DNA of 64,000 nucleotides from Ancylonema sp. Its lineage: Eukaryota. The DNA lies in assembly GCA_050230475.1 (NCBI GenBank), contig JBFLGF010000028.1, forward strand, positions 1-64,000, given 5' to 3'. Below the pieces are notes generated by a model. The model ran no database searches, was not told the origin of the DNA, and worked only from the letters and a program-made list of their open reading frames with translations. This document shows, in pieces, positions 1-13,940 of this stretch (the first letter of the stretch is position 1; each line of letters begins with the position of its first letter). The position numbers and the translations under genes are program-made.

Positions 1-2420
1 GGGGGCATCTCGGTTGGTGGCGTTGGATAAGGGTGGCGGGGCGGTACGTCCCCTTGGTGTGGGGGGGGGGGTAATCTGGGGGGTGCGACTTCTTTTGGAA
101 GCGCGTCCATCTTGGGGTGTCATACAGGTGGACGTGAAGAACGCATTCAACACCATCCACCGCCAGGCGGTCTTTGAGGAGCTTCGTGATTCGGGGGGGG
201 GGTTGAGTAGTTTGTTCCCGTTTGTGCGAGCTTTTTATGGGGGGTCTTCCCCCCAATTCTTCCGTGCTACTAGTGATCTGGCGGGGGAGGAGGTAGTGGA
301 GTGGGGGAGGGGTTTTATCGTTTGATCAGTCGTGCGATATGCCTTCAGATCCGGGAGGCGCTTCACGACCATTTCGAATGGCAGTACGGCTTTGCTATTA
401 AAGGGGGGTGTGAGATGGTAATCTAGGGGGTGCGACTTCTTTTGGAAGCGCGTCCATCTTGGGGTGTCATCCAGGTGGCCGTGAAGAACGCATTCAACAC
501 CATCAACCGCCAAGGAGCTTCGTGATTCGGGGGGGGGGTTGAGTAGTTTGTTCCCGTTTGTGCGAGCTTTTTATGGGGGGTCTTCCCCCCTATTCTTCCG
601 TGCTAGTGATCTGGCGGGGGGGGAGGAAGGTAGTGGAGTTGGCGTCTTCGACCGGGACTCGTCAGGGGGATCCCCTTGGAGGAGTATTGTTCGCCCTCGG
701 ACACCAGCAGGCTCTTCGATCCACCGCAGCGGCGTTTCCGGACTGCGCCTTCCCTTCAATTGCAGATGACACCCATATCGTGGGGTCCCCTCCCCATGTG
801 GTGGAGGCTTTTAAGTTTTTTGTGGAGAGAAGCTCGCAAAACTCGGCCTTTCCGTGCAACCGTCCAAGTGTGTGGCATGGTCACCATCTGGTCGGGAGGT
901 GTTTCCGATTCTTCCGGAGGGGTGCTCTTGCTACAGATGGCTTTCGTGTGTTGGGGGCGCCTTTTGGGACGAACGAGTTTGTGCGAGGCTTCCTGGCAGC
1001 TGCGTTGGAGGAAGATACGCGGGGTCTTCAACAATTATGCCTCCTTGAGGAGCCCTCCGCCTACTTACGCACGTGTTTGCTGCTCGACCATGCTCAACCA
1101 TCGTATCTGCTGCGTACTTGCCACCCTACCTCTTCCTTCCTCGACTAGCTCGGGGAGTACGATGCGACGCTGCTGTGGAGGGTTGTAGAAGAGGCAGATC
1201 TATTGGGCGGGGTGGTTGGTTGCACTTCGGACCACCATATTGGTTTGTCGCATGTGGCGTGACCAAGCTTGTTTGCCGATCGCCCGGGCGGGTGTGGGTT
1301 TGGTTCGTACTCGGGTTCTTGCCCCAGTTGCTTTTATTGGCTCTTATGCTCTCGCCGCACCTGCACTCGCATCAGCTTTACAGCAGCACGGTTTATCATT
1401 CGGCCCGTTTTTCAGCACGGTGGACGAGGGAGGTCTACGAACGCAGGTCGTGCTTCGAGAAGCGCGAGAGCTTCTTCACCCAACAGCTCGCGCGGCACTG
1501 CCTCCATATGCCACCTTGGCCGTGGCTTCTGTTCCTCACTTGCAACCGACACTTCTTGATGCTACCTACGCTGCTCCGTTTGAGGTGCTTGTGGCGAGCA
1601 CCGATCTCGCGACATCGAGGGCGAGGCTTCGGTCCGCCAGTGGACCCGGTGCGGGTCATTGGACAGGCGTCCCCCATCATTCCCTCCCTTCGTATCCCCC
1701 CTCCCCTATTCCTTACTGCCGTGCGCTTGCGCCTCGGGTTTCCCCACCCTTGTCTTGCTACCTATGATACGTGCGCGTGCGGCAACTCTATGGACGCCCT
1801 GGGTACGCATCTTATGCGCTGCAGTCGAGGGGGGGAGCGCACTTCATCTCATGACTCGGTGCGAGATTCCGTATATCACATCCTCCGCGAGTCGGGTCCG
1901 CATGTTCAACGAGAACGTACGGGGTTTCTTCCGTCTTCCGCTCCGGGCGGTCGTGGGGGGCGAGTGGATATTGTTATTTCGGATGTGGTGGAGGGGCATA
2001 TTTTGGTGGATGTGGTCATTGCTCACCCCACGCGGCGTGACTTGGTGGATCTCGCGGCTTGTCGAGGGTTGGTGGCCGCATAAGATGCAGAACGGCGCAA
2101 AGAAACTCATTATCGTGATCGCGCGGCAGGGACCAAGTTTATCCCGTTTGCGTTAGAGGCGTACGGTGCGCTTTCCGATGCAAGCAATCGGTTATTGGTG
2201 GATTGTGCTCACCGTGCGGCGCAACTGAATGGGCCGATCGGGGCAAAATGTTAGTTTGTTGTTACTTGGTTTCGGCAGAGAGTTTCCGTTCCTTTACAAC
2301 GTTCTCTAGCACATGCAATTCATGCTAGGACGTTGCGATTGGAAGAGGGTATGACTCTGTTACCCCCCCCCCCCCGCGGGTGTTATTGTCGTCAGCAGAG
2401 TTAAGGATTGTTGCTCGGTT
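1..2420 (+). mobile_element. Degenerate non-LTR retrotransposon, CRE-like (RT + CCHC finger + restriction-like endonuclease); 5' part lies outside the window
   Basis: RT motifs across frames: VRPLGVG, QVDVKNAFNTI, GTRQGDPLG, SIADD, RVLGAPFG. C-terminal CACGNSMDALGTHLMRC..HDSVRD zinc finger, RVDIVI..VDVVIAHP and K(E)THY..FIPFALEAYG endonuclease motifs. Multiple frameshifts and stops. Confidence 0.9.
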
Positions 2421-4603
2421 GTTTTAGGGTTGGGGTTGTTTTCCTTCTTCTGTTCCGTTGTTGGTGTTGTACTCAGATGGGGTTCCCATCGTGCTTTAAT
2501 AAAATGCGTCTCTTTTTTTTTTCTAATAATATGCGTCTATTGAAGAGTTGCCAAATATTCCGGAGGCGACGTAAACTTACGCATGGGTTTGCTTTGCTAG
2601 GCCCTGTAGCGTGCATTGTCCAAGGCCTACCTCAAACATAAATTAGTTTGATACACAAGCATAGTTGGCCATCAACCGTGCGCGTACCACGCGAGCCGCA
2701 CGCGTGCGCAAATGTCGCGCACGGTGCGCGGCAAACAATGTGTATAATTGTGTTGGTAAGGGGAGAGGGGGGTATGTCTGATGGAGTAAGTTGTTTAGGA
2801 TTAAGGCCCTTAGTTTCAAACGCGGAACCAATGAATGGCGATTCTTAACCGTTCGAAGCCGTTTAGTGATGTCGACACAAATAGTTGCAACAAATAGGAT
2901 GCCGGTACCACTTGTGCTACGCGCGTTAAAGATGCGCGATTGGCCACCACGCGGTTAGCGCGGAGGTATTACCCTTAAGCCCCATGGTTGTGGCGGTGCG
3001 CAATCCATACACACGTAGTTCGAATTTTGAAAGGGTAGGGGAGGATGTTGGGGGAAAGGTGGGTGGCTGACCGTTATCACATGAATGGGTATGTCCATAT
3101 CTAGTTCTACCTTCACGTTTGTAACATTGGGGAATGAGGGCCCACATGAGGTTGTCGTTATGTTCGGAACGAGCATATAGGCGTACTCAAATATGTAGTC
3201 AACAATTCTTATCACAGTATGACATGTCTAAAGGACCACTTCCGGGGAGGAGAGAAAACATTCATTTAGACACGTTATTCACTTAGACAGTTTTGGTTAT
3301 AGTTGACGTAAAACCAGTCCCCATGTGCCTACGACGGGAAACAAACCAATATCCAGCTCACAATCCGTGCAAACGCGTTCTCCAAATTCACATGGTTGTT
3401 ATTTTGTTGCGTAACAAGTTGTAGTAACTTCTCACAAATTAGGAGATGCTAGGGGCCCAATAACGTAATACCAATGTTACATGCGCACATGGAAGGCAGT
3501 AGTACCACCGGCCTGATTCTGTCCAGTGCCTATTTTGTCATGTTGCATGTTTCATTTAATCTTCCCACAACCCGGGAGGTACGTAAACTTGTACGCATTA
3601 GTTTCCGTCTGTACAGAAACATACGGATATTGTATTTTATTCCTTTAGACGTATCACGGGGGGGTTCCAAAGTATTCTTGTAGACAGTTATGCGGGTTTT
3701 GATATATTTACACTCCCCCGATGTCGGGGTGGATATTTTCATTTCTTATAGTCAAAGTACATCTAGCCAAAAAATATATCGAACGTATCCTTACGAGATC
3801 AAGACAATTTAAACATGAAAATATCCTATATTCCTCACACCAATGCAAAATTGTGAACCTTGGCCATCCTAGTTCAGAAGCAATAACCGGTCTGAAGCCG
3901 GAGTTCTAGGTTATTAGAGTTCCTTGCTTCAACCTCACTACATAGCGTACATATGGTTGCTCCGCTCCACAACTTCTATACGACACCTATGGCTTGTTGA
4001 GGCTGAAAAGCCAAACAAGTAAAACGCAGTTGCATCCAGAAGCTTCGAGGTCCTCCACACAACTCTGAGTTGAGGGTCGAAGACTTTTAAGATTTCCGAT
4101 ATCAACATGTCGCAACGTGAAGTGTTCATTTCGTCAACAACGATTGCTGATGTATTCCACAAACGGCTCAAAGAACAACATTCCAACAATTGCGAAACAG
4201 TTGGAAGACTTGAAGGAAAGGACTGGAGGTATACGAACCTGCGCATAAGAAGGAAAACATGAATATCACAGAATACCACGGAATACCACAGAATACCACA
4301 GAACGTAGTCACCATATATGTATCCCCGCTTAGCTACACTACGACCTGCACTCTTGACAACGAGATCTTTCTTGAGCATGCATTACTTGCTATACTTATG
4401 ACTGGTGATTATCTAGAGATATTTCCAAGCCTTTAGGTTATTTCTGACCGTTTTGAGGACTGGTAAGACGGCTTCCGGTCTTCCGACACAATACCTGAGA
4501 GTGACCTACTAGTAGCACCAGGGTCATGAGGCAAATCCTTACTGCGCATTCAGACGACTTCTGCGTCTCCCTCGAAAGACACCGGGTTTCTTTCCACACC
4601 CAT

Positions 4604-6149
4604 CTATGCCATCTCGTCCCTCCTTCCGTTTGGCATGATGGTGACATAACCACCGTCTTCTGCGCGTACAGGGTAGACACAGAGGGGCATTCGGTTAGAA
4701 TGGACCAGAAACTGGTAAATTACTAACCACTAAGCAGACTTGCCGAGTGCAGATGGCAGCTGTTAGTGGGACAGTGACGTCAGCAAACCTTTGGACACAA
4801 TAAAAAGGGAGGTCTATGCAGGAGATGCACCCGCAGGGCAGAAACGGATCAGAGTTTTAGGTGGCAAATATGTTTGAGCACTTCGCAATTTGCCTCTTTC
4901 ACAAGAGCACAAGCGTACACGACACTCCCTTCACTTCGACTGGCAGCCAGGTTGTTAATTGCGAGCAGACTTCGGAACTGTATAACATGGATGGACCTAC
5001 AAGTGGTGTGTCTTAACAGGCAAAGTTCACGTATTTTTTTCATTTCTCGGAAGTCTCCATCAGAGCTGCCCCAGCTGCAGTGTCTAGTTCTGAATCAATG
5101 ACCAATCTGGCAATTTTATTTTGGTGGATTGCGGTAACCCAAAGATGTCTCAAGAAGTTTGCTGAACTTTGCTGAACTAGTTTTTGACAAAAGGAAAAGA
5201 AATGAAAGTGCTGCTGACTTCTAGGACTAGACAGTATCGGCCCAGAAATGAGAAAGCCTTGAAAGATACATATAGCTTTATGAGTATCCATGAGACTACA
5301 AATTCAAGTTGTTTCTAGTCTGCTCAAATATATTTTCAAAAGTAGTCCTTTTTTCATCGCACTCACAATCCTTTCGCATTTAAGTTGGAATTTCACAGAG
5401 GTAAAAGGCTGTACAGTTTGAAACACTTCTTCATCATAAGTATTCTATTCCACAACTTTCAAATATTCATGCAAGTGGGTCGAAACTGTTGGCGGGAATC
5501 AGCATCTATACTTGAAACGATGACCTTAGTAGGCTACTTATTAGGTGCATAGGGCAAGTAGTTTGCCCACTCCTCCCTTTTGTTCCCAACTGCGAATATA
5601 CACTGTGAGTTACTATTCTTCAAGATAATCCTGTTTAATCGACCAAGAGGCCTACTTCCGTAACGTACGGCGCCTCTAGGGCAGGTTGCTACTCCTTTTT
5701 CTTCCCAAGCTGTGCCATCAATATCAAGATGGCTAACCTGGACTTTACTTTATCAGGATGACATCAGAGTGTCTCCTAATTCCACTCAATGTCTGCAACG
5801 GATCAGCTGTGTGCATCTAGTCCCAGCTGTCCGCTCCTGAATAAGCTCCAGAACACAAGTCTGGTGTAATACGTTGACACAATGCACTTCAAATTCCTGG
5901 GGTGCATCCCCATCCCCATCGAGCAACCTGGTGAACTTGCCTGTGTCTGTAATTTCAGACCGAAGCTGGTTCTTGTTAGCTTAGCTTAGCTGCAAACAGC
6001 AAATTCACCAAATGCTAGGTCTCCCCGTCGGTTAGCTCACCTGAAATCTTCTCCCGGATCCACCGTTCTACCACCACTCCTGCGACTAGACCAACGGCAA
6101 TGACAGCAATCGTCCGGCCGAAGACAACCGCTGCAGAGTTGCGGGGCAT
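4604..6149 (-). CDS. Putative two-exon 54-aa single-TM microprotein MPRNSAAVVFGRTIAVIAVGLVAGVVVERWIREKIS|EDGGYVTIMPNGRRDEMA
   Basis: Exon 6149-6041 ends at a G|GTGAG donor. Exon 4659-4604 follows a CGCGCAG acceptor, is phase-compatible and ends in TAG. One hydrophobic helix. Confidence 0.6.
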
Positions 6150-6561
6150 GAAATACTGTGGAGGAGCTTCCCGCAACCTCCGCCTTCGAGCTACTATCGG
6201 CTCATTATTTATCGCATCTCCAGACTTCGACTTCGACCATTCAAGGTCATCCATAGATCGTACAACTCTCACAGGTTAGGCGCTTCTAATTGTAAACCAA
6301 CTGCAGGGGCCACGATAATTATCCCGGCATTCCTAATCAAGCCTCGCCAGGGGTCCTCCCGCTCAAGCCGACTTGAGTGGCAGGTACTGTTCGCCAAAGT
6401 CTGAGGGAGCACGGGACATATGAAGGTCGAGGAACCCAGCGGGTTAGGTGTAGGGGCTCCATCGTAGCTTTCTGAACCACCACCAGCCCCGCCCCGCCCC
6501 GCTCCGGATGATCTTTCTATCCGGGGAGGATGTGGGCGGGGTCCCGTTGGGTTCGCATTTT

Positions 6562-7132
6562 GATCGGCGAGCGCAGAGCGCAGCGAGCGTATGAGCGCAG
6601 GATCATGCGCTCATGAGCGCACGAGCGCAGGCATCCCCAAAATTGGCCATGAGCGTGAGCGTATTAGAGCGCACAATGAGCGCAGATCATTTCAGCGGAG
6701 CTGCGCTCATGCGCTCATTTAGCGCTCATGCGCTCGTTTTGCGCTCATTGCGCTCGGTGCTCAACCCGAAATCGGACTCGGAAAGCCGCAAGAATGTTCG
6801 GCTGGCCGACGAAGTGATATATTACTGGGGATCGGCGAGCGCATGAGCGCAGGATCATGCGCTGATGAGCGCAGGATCGCATGATGCCCCTGAATTATGC
6901 AGCGAGTATTCACCAAAATGAACGGATATTCTGCCCGATTACCTTACTTTATGCGCTCATATTGCACTCATGCGCTCAAGCGCTCATCAGGCGCTCTAAT
7001 CCGCTCATGCGCTCATGCGCTCATTTTGCGCATGAGCGTGATATTATTAGAATACGCTCATGAGCGTGATCTTGCGCTCATTAAGCTCGGAGCGCTGAGC
7101 GCAATGGCATTCACTGCGCTCGCCGATCCCTA
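6562..7132. mobile_element. hAT-like non-autonomous element/MITE rich in ATGAGCGC/GCGCTCAT subterminal repeats
   Basis: Inverted ends GATCGGCGAGCGCAG / CTGCGCTCGCCGATC(CCTA). ATTTTGA occurs at both boundaries (the left end appears to have lost ~7 bp). Numerous internal ATGAGCGC copies in both orientations. Confidence 0.75.
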
Positions 7133-7167
7133 ATTTTGAGGCTCTGAATTAACCGGCAGTTCTTAAA

Positions 7168-7276
7168 CATAGTTGGCCCCGCCCCGCAAATCCCGCCCCG
7201 ATTTTCGCCCCGGGCGGGCGTGCCCTGGGCGGCGCTACGGGTGGAAAATATTCCGCCCGGGGCGGGGCCAACTAAG
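7168..7276. mobile_element. ~110-bp mini-MITE of the CATAGTTG family
   Basis: TIR CATAGTTGGCCCCGCCCC / GGGGCGGGGCCAACTAAG. Flanks GTTCTTAA(A) / GTTCTTTA resemble a TSD. Confidence 0.7.
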
Positions 7277-7377
7277 GTTCTTTATGAGGTTGAGAACGTC
7301 ATAAAGGGAAACCCCTAACATTCGTTATGATTATTGAATTCAGGTTAAACGCTGATGACATCATGACAACAGTCACC

Positions 7378-8472
7378 CATAGTTGCACGGACCATCGACA
7401 TTGGATTTTCGGACCGCGGTCGGACCAGGGAACTTCTAAGGTTTTTTTGCCAGGCAATTTTTCCGCGCGGAAAAAGGACGTGCGGCATTTCATTTTTTTG
7501 TGTCCCTTACACGATTGATATACATGTGTCATTTGTGGCTTGCGAAGTTTTAACGAAATGAAAATAAATAAATGGTATAAAATAGCATGTTCATATCCAA
7601 CCGTCCATTGATTGAGATGGTAAAATTCAAAATTAACAGAATGGCTGAAATTTCGGTGTAAGTTGGTACTTGGAAGTGTGTTATTCGGAGTGAGAAAAAA
7701 ATATCTGGGGAGTGACAAGTGAGGAGTGGAAAGTGGGGAGAGGGGGGTTATTTAAGGTGATGTAGACAGTGAAGAGTGTTATAGATGTAAAAAAAAAAAA
7801 AAAAAAAAATGTAACTGTAGAAGTCGTGACGTTTTTCTTTCCGTTTTATATAGATATGGAGTTTTAGGCAAGGATAGGTTTTGATACGTTAAGTAAAGTT
7901 TACATAGGGAAGTTACCCATTTATTTATATAGAATAGGAAATTGAGAAGTGAGGAATGTATTTGAAAGTTGGAGAGAGGTTTGAATATAAGGTTGGGAGC
8001 GTGGGAAAAAAAAAACAGGATAATGTTTGATATATGTGTTTAATTTTAATTTATTTCATTCCATGATACGGTGACCCTTCATCACATTTTTTTGAGCCTC
8101 ACATGAGCATCATTTCAGAATTATATTGTAACCTATGGTGGATGGAAAAAAATATGGAGTACTTGTAACCAATCCAAATGTCTTAGAGTTTTTTCCCAAG
8201 TGATATATCTCGAAAGTAGGGGAAAATGCTATCTACAATGATGTATTGCAGGTTTTAATTGGTTATTCGATAGATCCATTTTTCCATTTTTGGACATTTT
8301 TATAAAATATGAAACATAATTTTGTACGCGAAAATAACACTTCCGGAGTTTTTTCACCACGGAAAACACCTTAAAACCCCCAAAAACCGATATAACCCTA
8401 ACCAGCCGGTCCGCATTTTTGACCCAAAAGGACGGACCTCGGGACCCCGGTCCGCCGGTCCGTGCAACTATG
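7378..8472. mobile_element. Non-autonomous hAT-type DNA transposon (~1.1 kb), copy 1
   Basis: TIR CATAGTTGCACGGACC / GGTCCGTGCAACTATG. 8-bp TSD CAGTCACC/TAGTCACC. Homologous along its length to the inverted copy at 46770-47891. Confidence 0.92.
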
Positions 8473-8640
8473 TAGTCACCTCTTCTTTTTAAAAGAAAAA
8501 ATAACCAATGTTGTCGATGATGAAAAAATCACCAAATGCGAATTAGGTGTATTTGGAAACCAGTTCCGAGATTGAAACTTGTGCGGGGCCGGGCGAACCA
8601 GATGATATTATGATTTAAAGTGGAAAATTAAAATAAAAAA

Positions 8641-9023
<383 letters not shown>

Positions 9024-11243
9024 CTTCCACAAAGTTTAAGAGGGGAAAAATAATGATAGTAAGGATTTAGAATTGCGGCTGCCCGTCACTAATGGTCTTA
9101 ACCACGCCATTCTAAGACGTCGTGCATTTCTACTAGGTGAATAATCAATTTGAAATTTACGAGTATTAAATTTATGAGGAACATTGAAGGACAAGCATGT
9201 GTATTAAAGCGTTTGAAAAATGGAAACGAAGGGACGGAAGAGCATAAATGGTATGCCAGTATTGCAAGTGCCATACCAAGATTGAAGATCGTGATTCTTC
9301 GCACCCAATATGAGCATTGCCATATGTAATGAGTAACAAGATGGAATTCATGGTGTTGTAAGGATATTTGATTTCAAAAAATATTGAATGGACACGTTTA
9401 TGTGGTTGGAACAAAGGAGTAGGAGCTTTCAATCTCAATTTTATATATAAAATAAACGTGGCAGTACAAGAAAGTTAGCAAAATACATAAAATCATCACC
9501 ATACAAAAAAGTTGTCGTCCTTCAAGCATGTAACCCCTTCTCATTTTTGTGTGGGTTCCTTTAATGATTCGGTTCGGAAACGGTTCTGAGCCCGTGCACC
9601 TATGGACCATACACCTAATCCTTGACGAAACACCGAAGTTTTTATTGCGTAGCTTGACATGAAAAATCTAACAAGAGTATCATTTTGAGAGATTATTCGA
9701 AAACAACCATGTAACCACGTACACGGATAAACTTGTGTGATGGTAGGATTTTGTATATTGCCAAAAAAAAAAGTGTGCAATTCCTTATTTCAAATAAATT
9801 AGTAGACGAAAGAGTTTATACTTCTTGTTTCGGTCTTGACCAAGTGTTCAAATCAAGGGAGCTCAAATCCTTAGATCATCATCTATATTTCAACTGTTTA
9901 CAGAAGGTAATGCGCACAATTTAGTGGAGTGATACATTCCAATTTTTCAAACTTGTCATGCCAATGCAATTATAATATTTCATTTATGCTCCTTCATCCC
10001 TTCATTTTCATTACCCATACACTTGGATCTAAGCGTTTCTACTTCTATGCTCCTAGTGCTTGTACTTCTATGCTCCCACAGAGCCTTCGGCAAATAAAAG
10101 CTCACCACGTTTAGAATATTATCGCGATCAAGGAAATTTAGACATTAAATTATGCGCCATATTTTTACGATATCGATATGTGACAATTACCTGACGGAAG
10201 CCGCAATTTTCTATCGGTATTATCATGTACATACCCGGTAAGTTTGTGGAAATAAAGAATTGTTTTCCTTGGAAACGAAGAAAATTATAAAAAACCACCT
10301 AGTTCGCCTGCTTTCGAACCGGTGTAAGAGATTCGACCGGATACATAAAACTTTACTATATGGTGTACAAAGTTAAACTTTACTATGTGGTGTACTATAA
10401 ACCTATTAGAATGTAATACCTTTGTGTGATACCGTGTCATTTCATTATTCAACTAGGGTCCCAACTCGGACAAGACATTGTTTTTGTTCCTTTTGAATTG
10501 ATTGCGAAACCTACTGCTTACTTTCATTACCAAGGAGGAGAAACGTGTAGACCGCTTAACCTTGCCTGCTTTTGTTGACAAAACAACACAAGCGATGTCA
10601 AATATTCTATAGGATGTTCTGAAATTGTGAAAGTCATGCATCAAGAGACCTTGTCACCCAATACTACAAACATCTACAACAACGTTACCAAAACGTGCCC
10701 ACGACACTTGTAGAATTCACATTACAGGGAGTGCTAAGCTGGAGTACTCCAATGCTTGTTCTTGGAATCCAATGATAAAAGTACTATTATTCCAACTCGC
10801 TTGCTACCGTCCACAGTTCATGCAATAAAGAATAGGGCCAAAATTTTGAAAACTTTTCAGCGTCACCACAAACTCATAGCCTCAACGAGGCTACTCCCTC
10901 TGCGCTTTGTCTCACAACGGGCCTGTGCACACACAACGAGCATTTCACTTTTTTAGTCCAATTTCTTGATCAGAGTTACTTCTCAAGTCTCTCCCCGGTT
11001 TTCTCTTTCAAGAAGTTTCAACAACCTCTCGGCGGGAATATCCAATCCCCTCTTTTCTCTCCTAAATCAACTCCAACCACATTGCAGGGTTTAAACAAAT
11101 AAGTCTGTATAAGTACATTGTCACAACGCACTTCAGATCCACATGCGATTCCATCTCCAATATCATCCATCGTCAGAGTGGATTCACATTCCTTCTCCCT
11201 CATTGCTTCCCCAAAGAGAGGTGCGCAAACGAAACATATGCTT

Positions 11244-13940
11244 TCATCCGAAGAGTTTGTTGGATGACGGCAGGGGCGTTCTCATCTCAAAATACCTTTC
11301 CGGAAACTGCAGCAGCATGGCGTCCTTCATTCGAATGGGGATGTGAGTGGCCACCACCGCCATGCCACCCAAAGCACGGTGCTCCCTCACCAAACTCTCC
11401 AATAGCTCCACCCCCTGACGACAATTACACTTCTCGTCACATGAGCACCAGTTACATACGGGGTAACATACACATCAGTCCCGGAAACGAAGCATCATCC
11501 CGTCCTTGCTCGGCCAAGTTTCTTCGTTCCTTTAAGCATCCTTTGCTTTACTTTACTGCAGCCCAGCCACAGTGTGACTGAGGAAAGGACAAGGCATGCG
11601 GGTTATATCAAAGATTTCCTGTCATCACATCTCCAACACCTTCATCCATGTTCCTACTCACAGTATTCCTCTTTAAATCTCATCGATGCCTCCCCCCCCA
11701 TGATCATCCCTAAAGTCTGCAGATGAGCACTAGCTCCAGATGGAACAATCTGGAGCAAAAGCGGATCTGAAATTCCAGTCTGGCAGGTGGCTGAATCGCG
11801 TCAACTCCCCCTCGCACAGGTTCAGCCTGCCGAGCCGATGCCTACCTGGAGATCGAGTCCCACCGACGGCTCATCTAGGAGCCACAAGGGGCGGGGAATT
11901 GCCAGTAAACGCGCCAGCTGGATTCTGCGACGCTGTGGGGGGGGGAAGGCGGGGGAAGGGGGGGGGACCGTGGGGTTGGGAGAAGAAGAAATGGGCAGAA
12001 CAGCATGGGTCGCTAATAAGGAGTTGGACAACGCAGTAGGTCAACACAGTAGGTCAACGCAATTGGTCTACGCACTCGATCAATGCAGTAGTTGAGGTTT
12101 ACAGGAGGACATCTGCTGCTTCTAGGGGAGAGTGAAGATCGATCAATTCACCCTGCTTCTCCCCACCTTCCTCCTCTCAATGACATCAGCATGACGTCAG
12201 CATGACATCAGCATGACGTCAGCATGACATCAGCATGACATCAGCATGACACGCCAGGGATTTTCCTACTGGCTCTGGAAGGCTAGCTGTGATCCTACAT
12301 ACCTGCCCCAGGGAGCATATGGAAGCAGAATCTCCAGCCATGTGCATCAGGCCCACTCTCTCCAGTGCCTCGTCTACCCGTTCGTCTGTGCCCTCCATGC
12401 GAGCCCATTGCCTCTGAAGGAGGAGAAGATAGGAAGTGGAATCGTAGGTGAGATGAAGATAGGGATTTATTCACATTCACTCCTCAGCATGCTTGTCTAC
12501 TGCCTGCTTATGCAGCATTGATATTGCATCATTTGACTTGTTGGTACCGGACAGAATTGTGGGATGCGTATATGCGGGTAAGTGCAACATACCTCTTTGT
12601 ACCTCTTGGTTAATAACGGTGGACCTGCCAATACAAAATGATGATGTATGCAGACATTCTTTTGTCTGCCGCGGGTGATTTCTTTCAGAGAGAACCACCC
12701 ACCGTTTTGGTAGTAAGGGAGTCATGTGATTTAACCATCAATCATATTCAATCACTTTCTGGCTCCTTACCACATTCTCACTGACAGTCAGCAGGTCCTT
12801 GATCGCATCTCGTGGTTGCAAGAAATGAACTCCCGTTCGATATTCTGCGACAAGTCAACGAAAGCACTTGCCACGTGTCAGCACTCCAGTGGCCCGCTCC
12901 ATCTACTCACACGTACAGGGGTCATGTCCGACGGGTGTGAGAAATATTGAATGTATTCCATAAAAAATCTTGCCCCTACCAGAGTTCTATAATCTCAGAA
13001 CACATTCAGGAATAATGCCGAAAAGTAACCGTGGCACATCAACTCTTCGTCATGTGTGTTTTCGAAAAATGATGTCGTGTGCCAGGAGTACAAAAGAGTC
13101 AAAATTCCTAACATTCTTGTGCCGAGTGTCCTAGCAGTGTCAAAACAAAGACTTCAGTTCAGGACACAGGACACGGGACACTTCAGTCAAAAGGCCCTTC
13201 GCCCCAAGACTTACGGTTCCAGATTTCACGGTCTGCTAAATTGTGGCCTTCCCACATCAGCCACCCTGCTGACGGCCGGATGAAACCTGCCAGCTGGCAC
13301 ACCATTATGACTCAGGTCTACCAAATGATGCCAGACCGAACTGTACCATCCCTTCTGCTGTACCATGCACATGCCCTTATGCTTTCACAGGAGTGTAGTG
13401 GTGCAGGATTGTTTGTACAAGACAGTGTTAGACGGTGAGGAATGAGAACGGTGGGGGTGGATTGCGCTGCGGCTTAGGTGATGTGGTGCTAGATGCACTG
13501 GAGTCACATGGGGATGCCTACATTGCCCTCTCTAACGAGTGTGTGAGTGGAAATCATGAGCTGGACAGTCCCTGGAGCTGACCAATTTAGTGAAAATATT
13601 AGTAAATGGAGTCGAGACTGCACTCGAGTGAGTGGATTGGAGACCCGCATGATACTAGTGATGACTTCGTGTTACAAAACTTCAAGCCGAGTTTCAGTCA
13701 CTTGATGAATGCTTATCATACTCTCCAACAGAGGATGCCATACCAGTCTCAACATTGTGCTCTTGCCACTGCCGTTCGGCCCCATGAGTAGCACAGCTCC
13801 TCCCTCGTGGACACTCAAATTAATGTCCCTGATGATCACTTCCCCACCCCTCATACAAGCCACTTGGCAGGCAAGCAACCGCGGGGGTGGAGGAGGCCCC
13901 ACTAGTCCTGGCTTAACCTTTGCGCCGGATAGCCAATAGC
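11244..13940 (-). CDS. ccmA: Mitochondrial heme-exporter ABC ATPase CcmA / ABCI1 (cytochrome c maturation), at least 6 exons; start codon uncertain
   Basis: Spliced on GT-AG introns: [46 protein letters not shown] (Walker A) | [16 protein letters not shown].. | [25 protein letters not shown] | [15 protein letters not shown] | [27 protein letters not shown] (Walker B) | [30 protein letters not shown] stop at 11244. Confidence 0.9.
12179..12251. repeat. 11-bp tandem repeat (ATGACRTCAGC)n in a ccmA intron
   Basis: About 6.5 consecutive units seen directly. Confidence 0.9.

Noticed and set aside
3240..3725. Possible MITE with CGGGG ends
   Set aside because: The inverted match is weak and there is no TSD.
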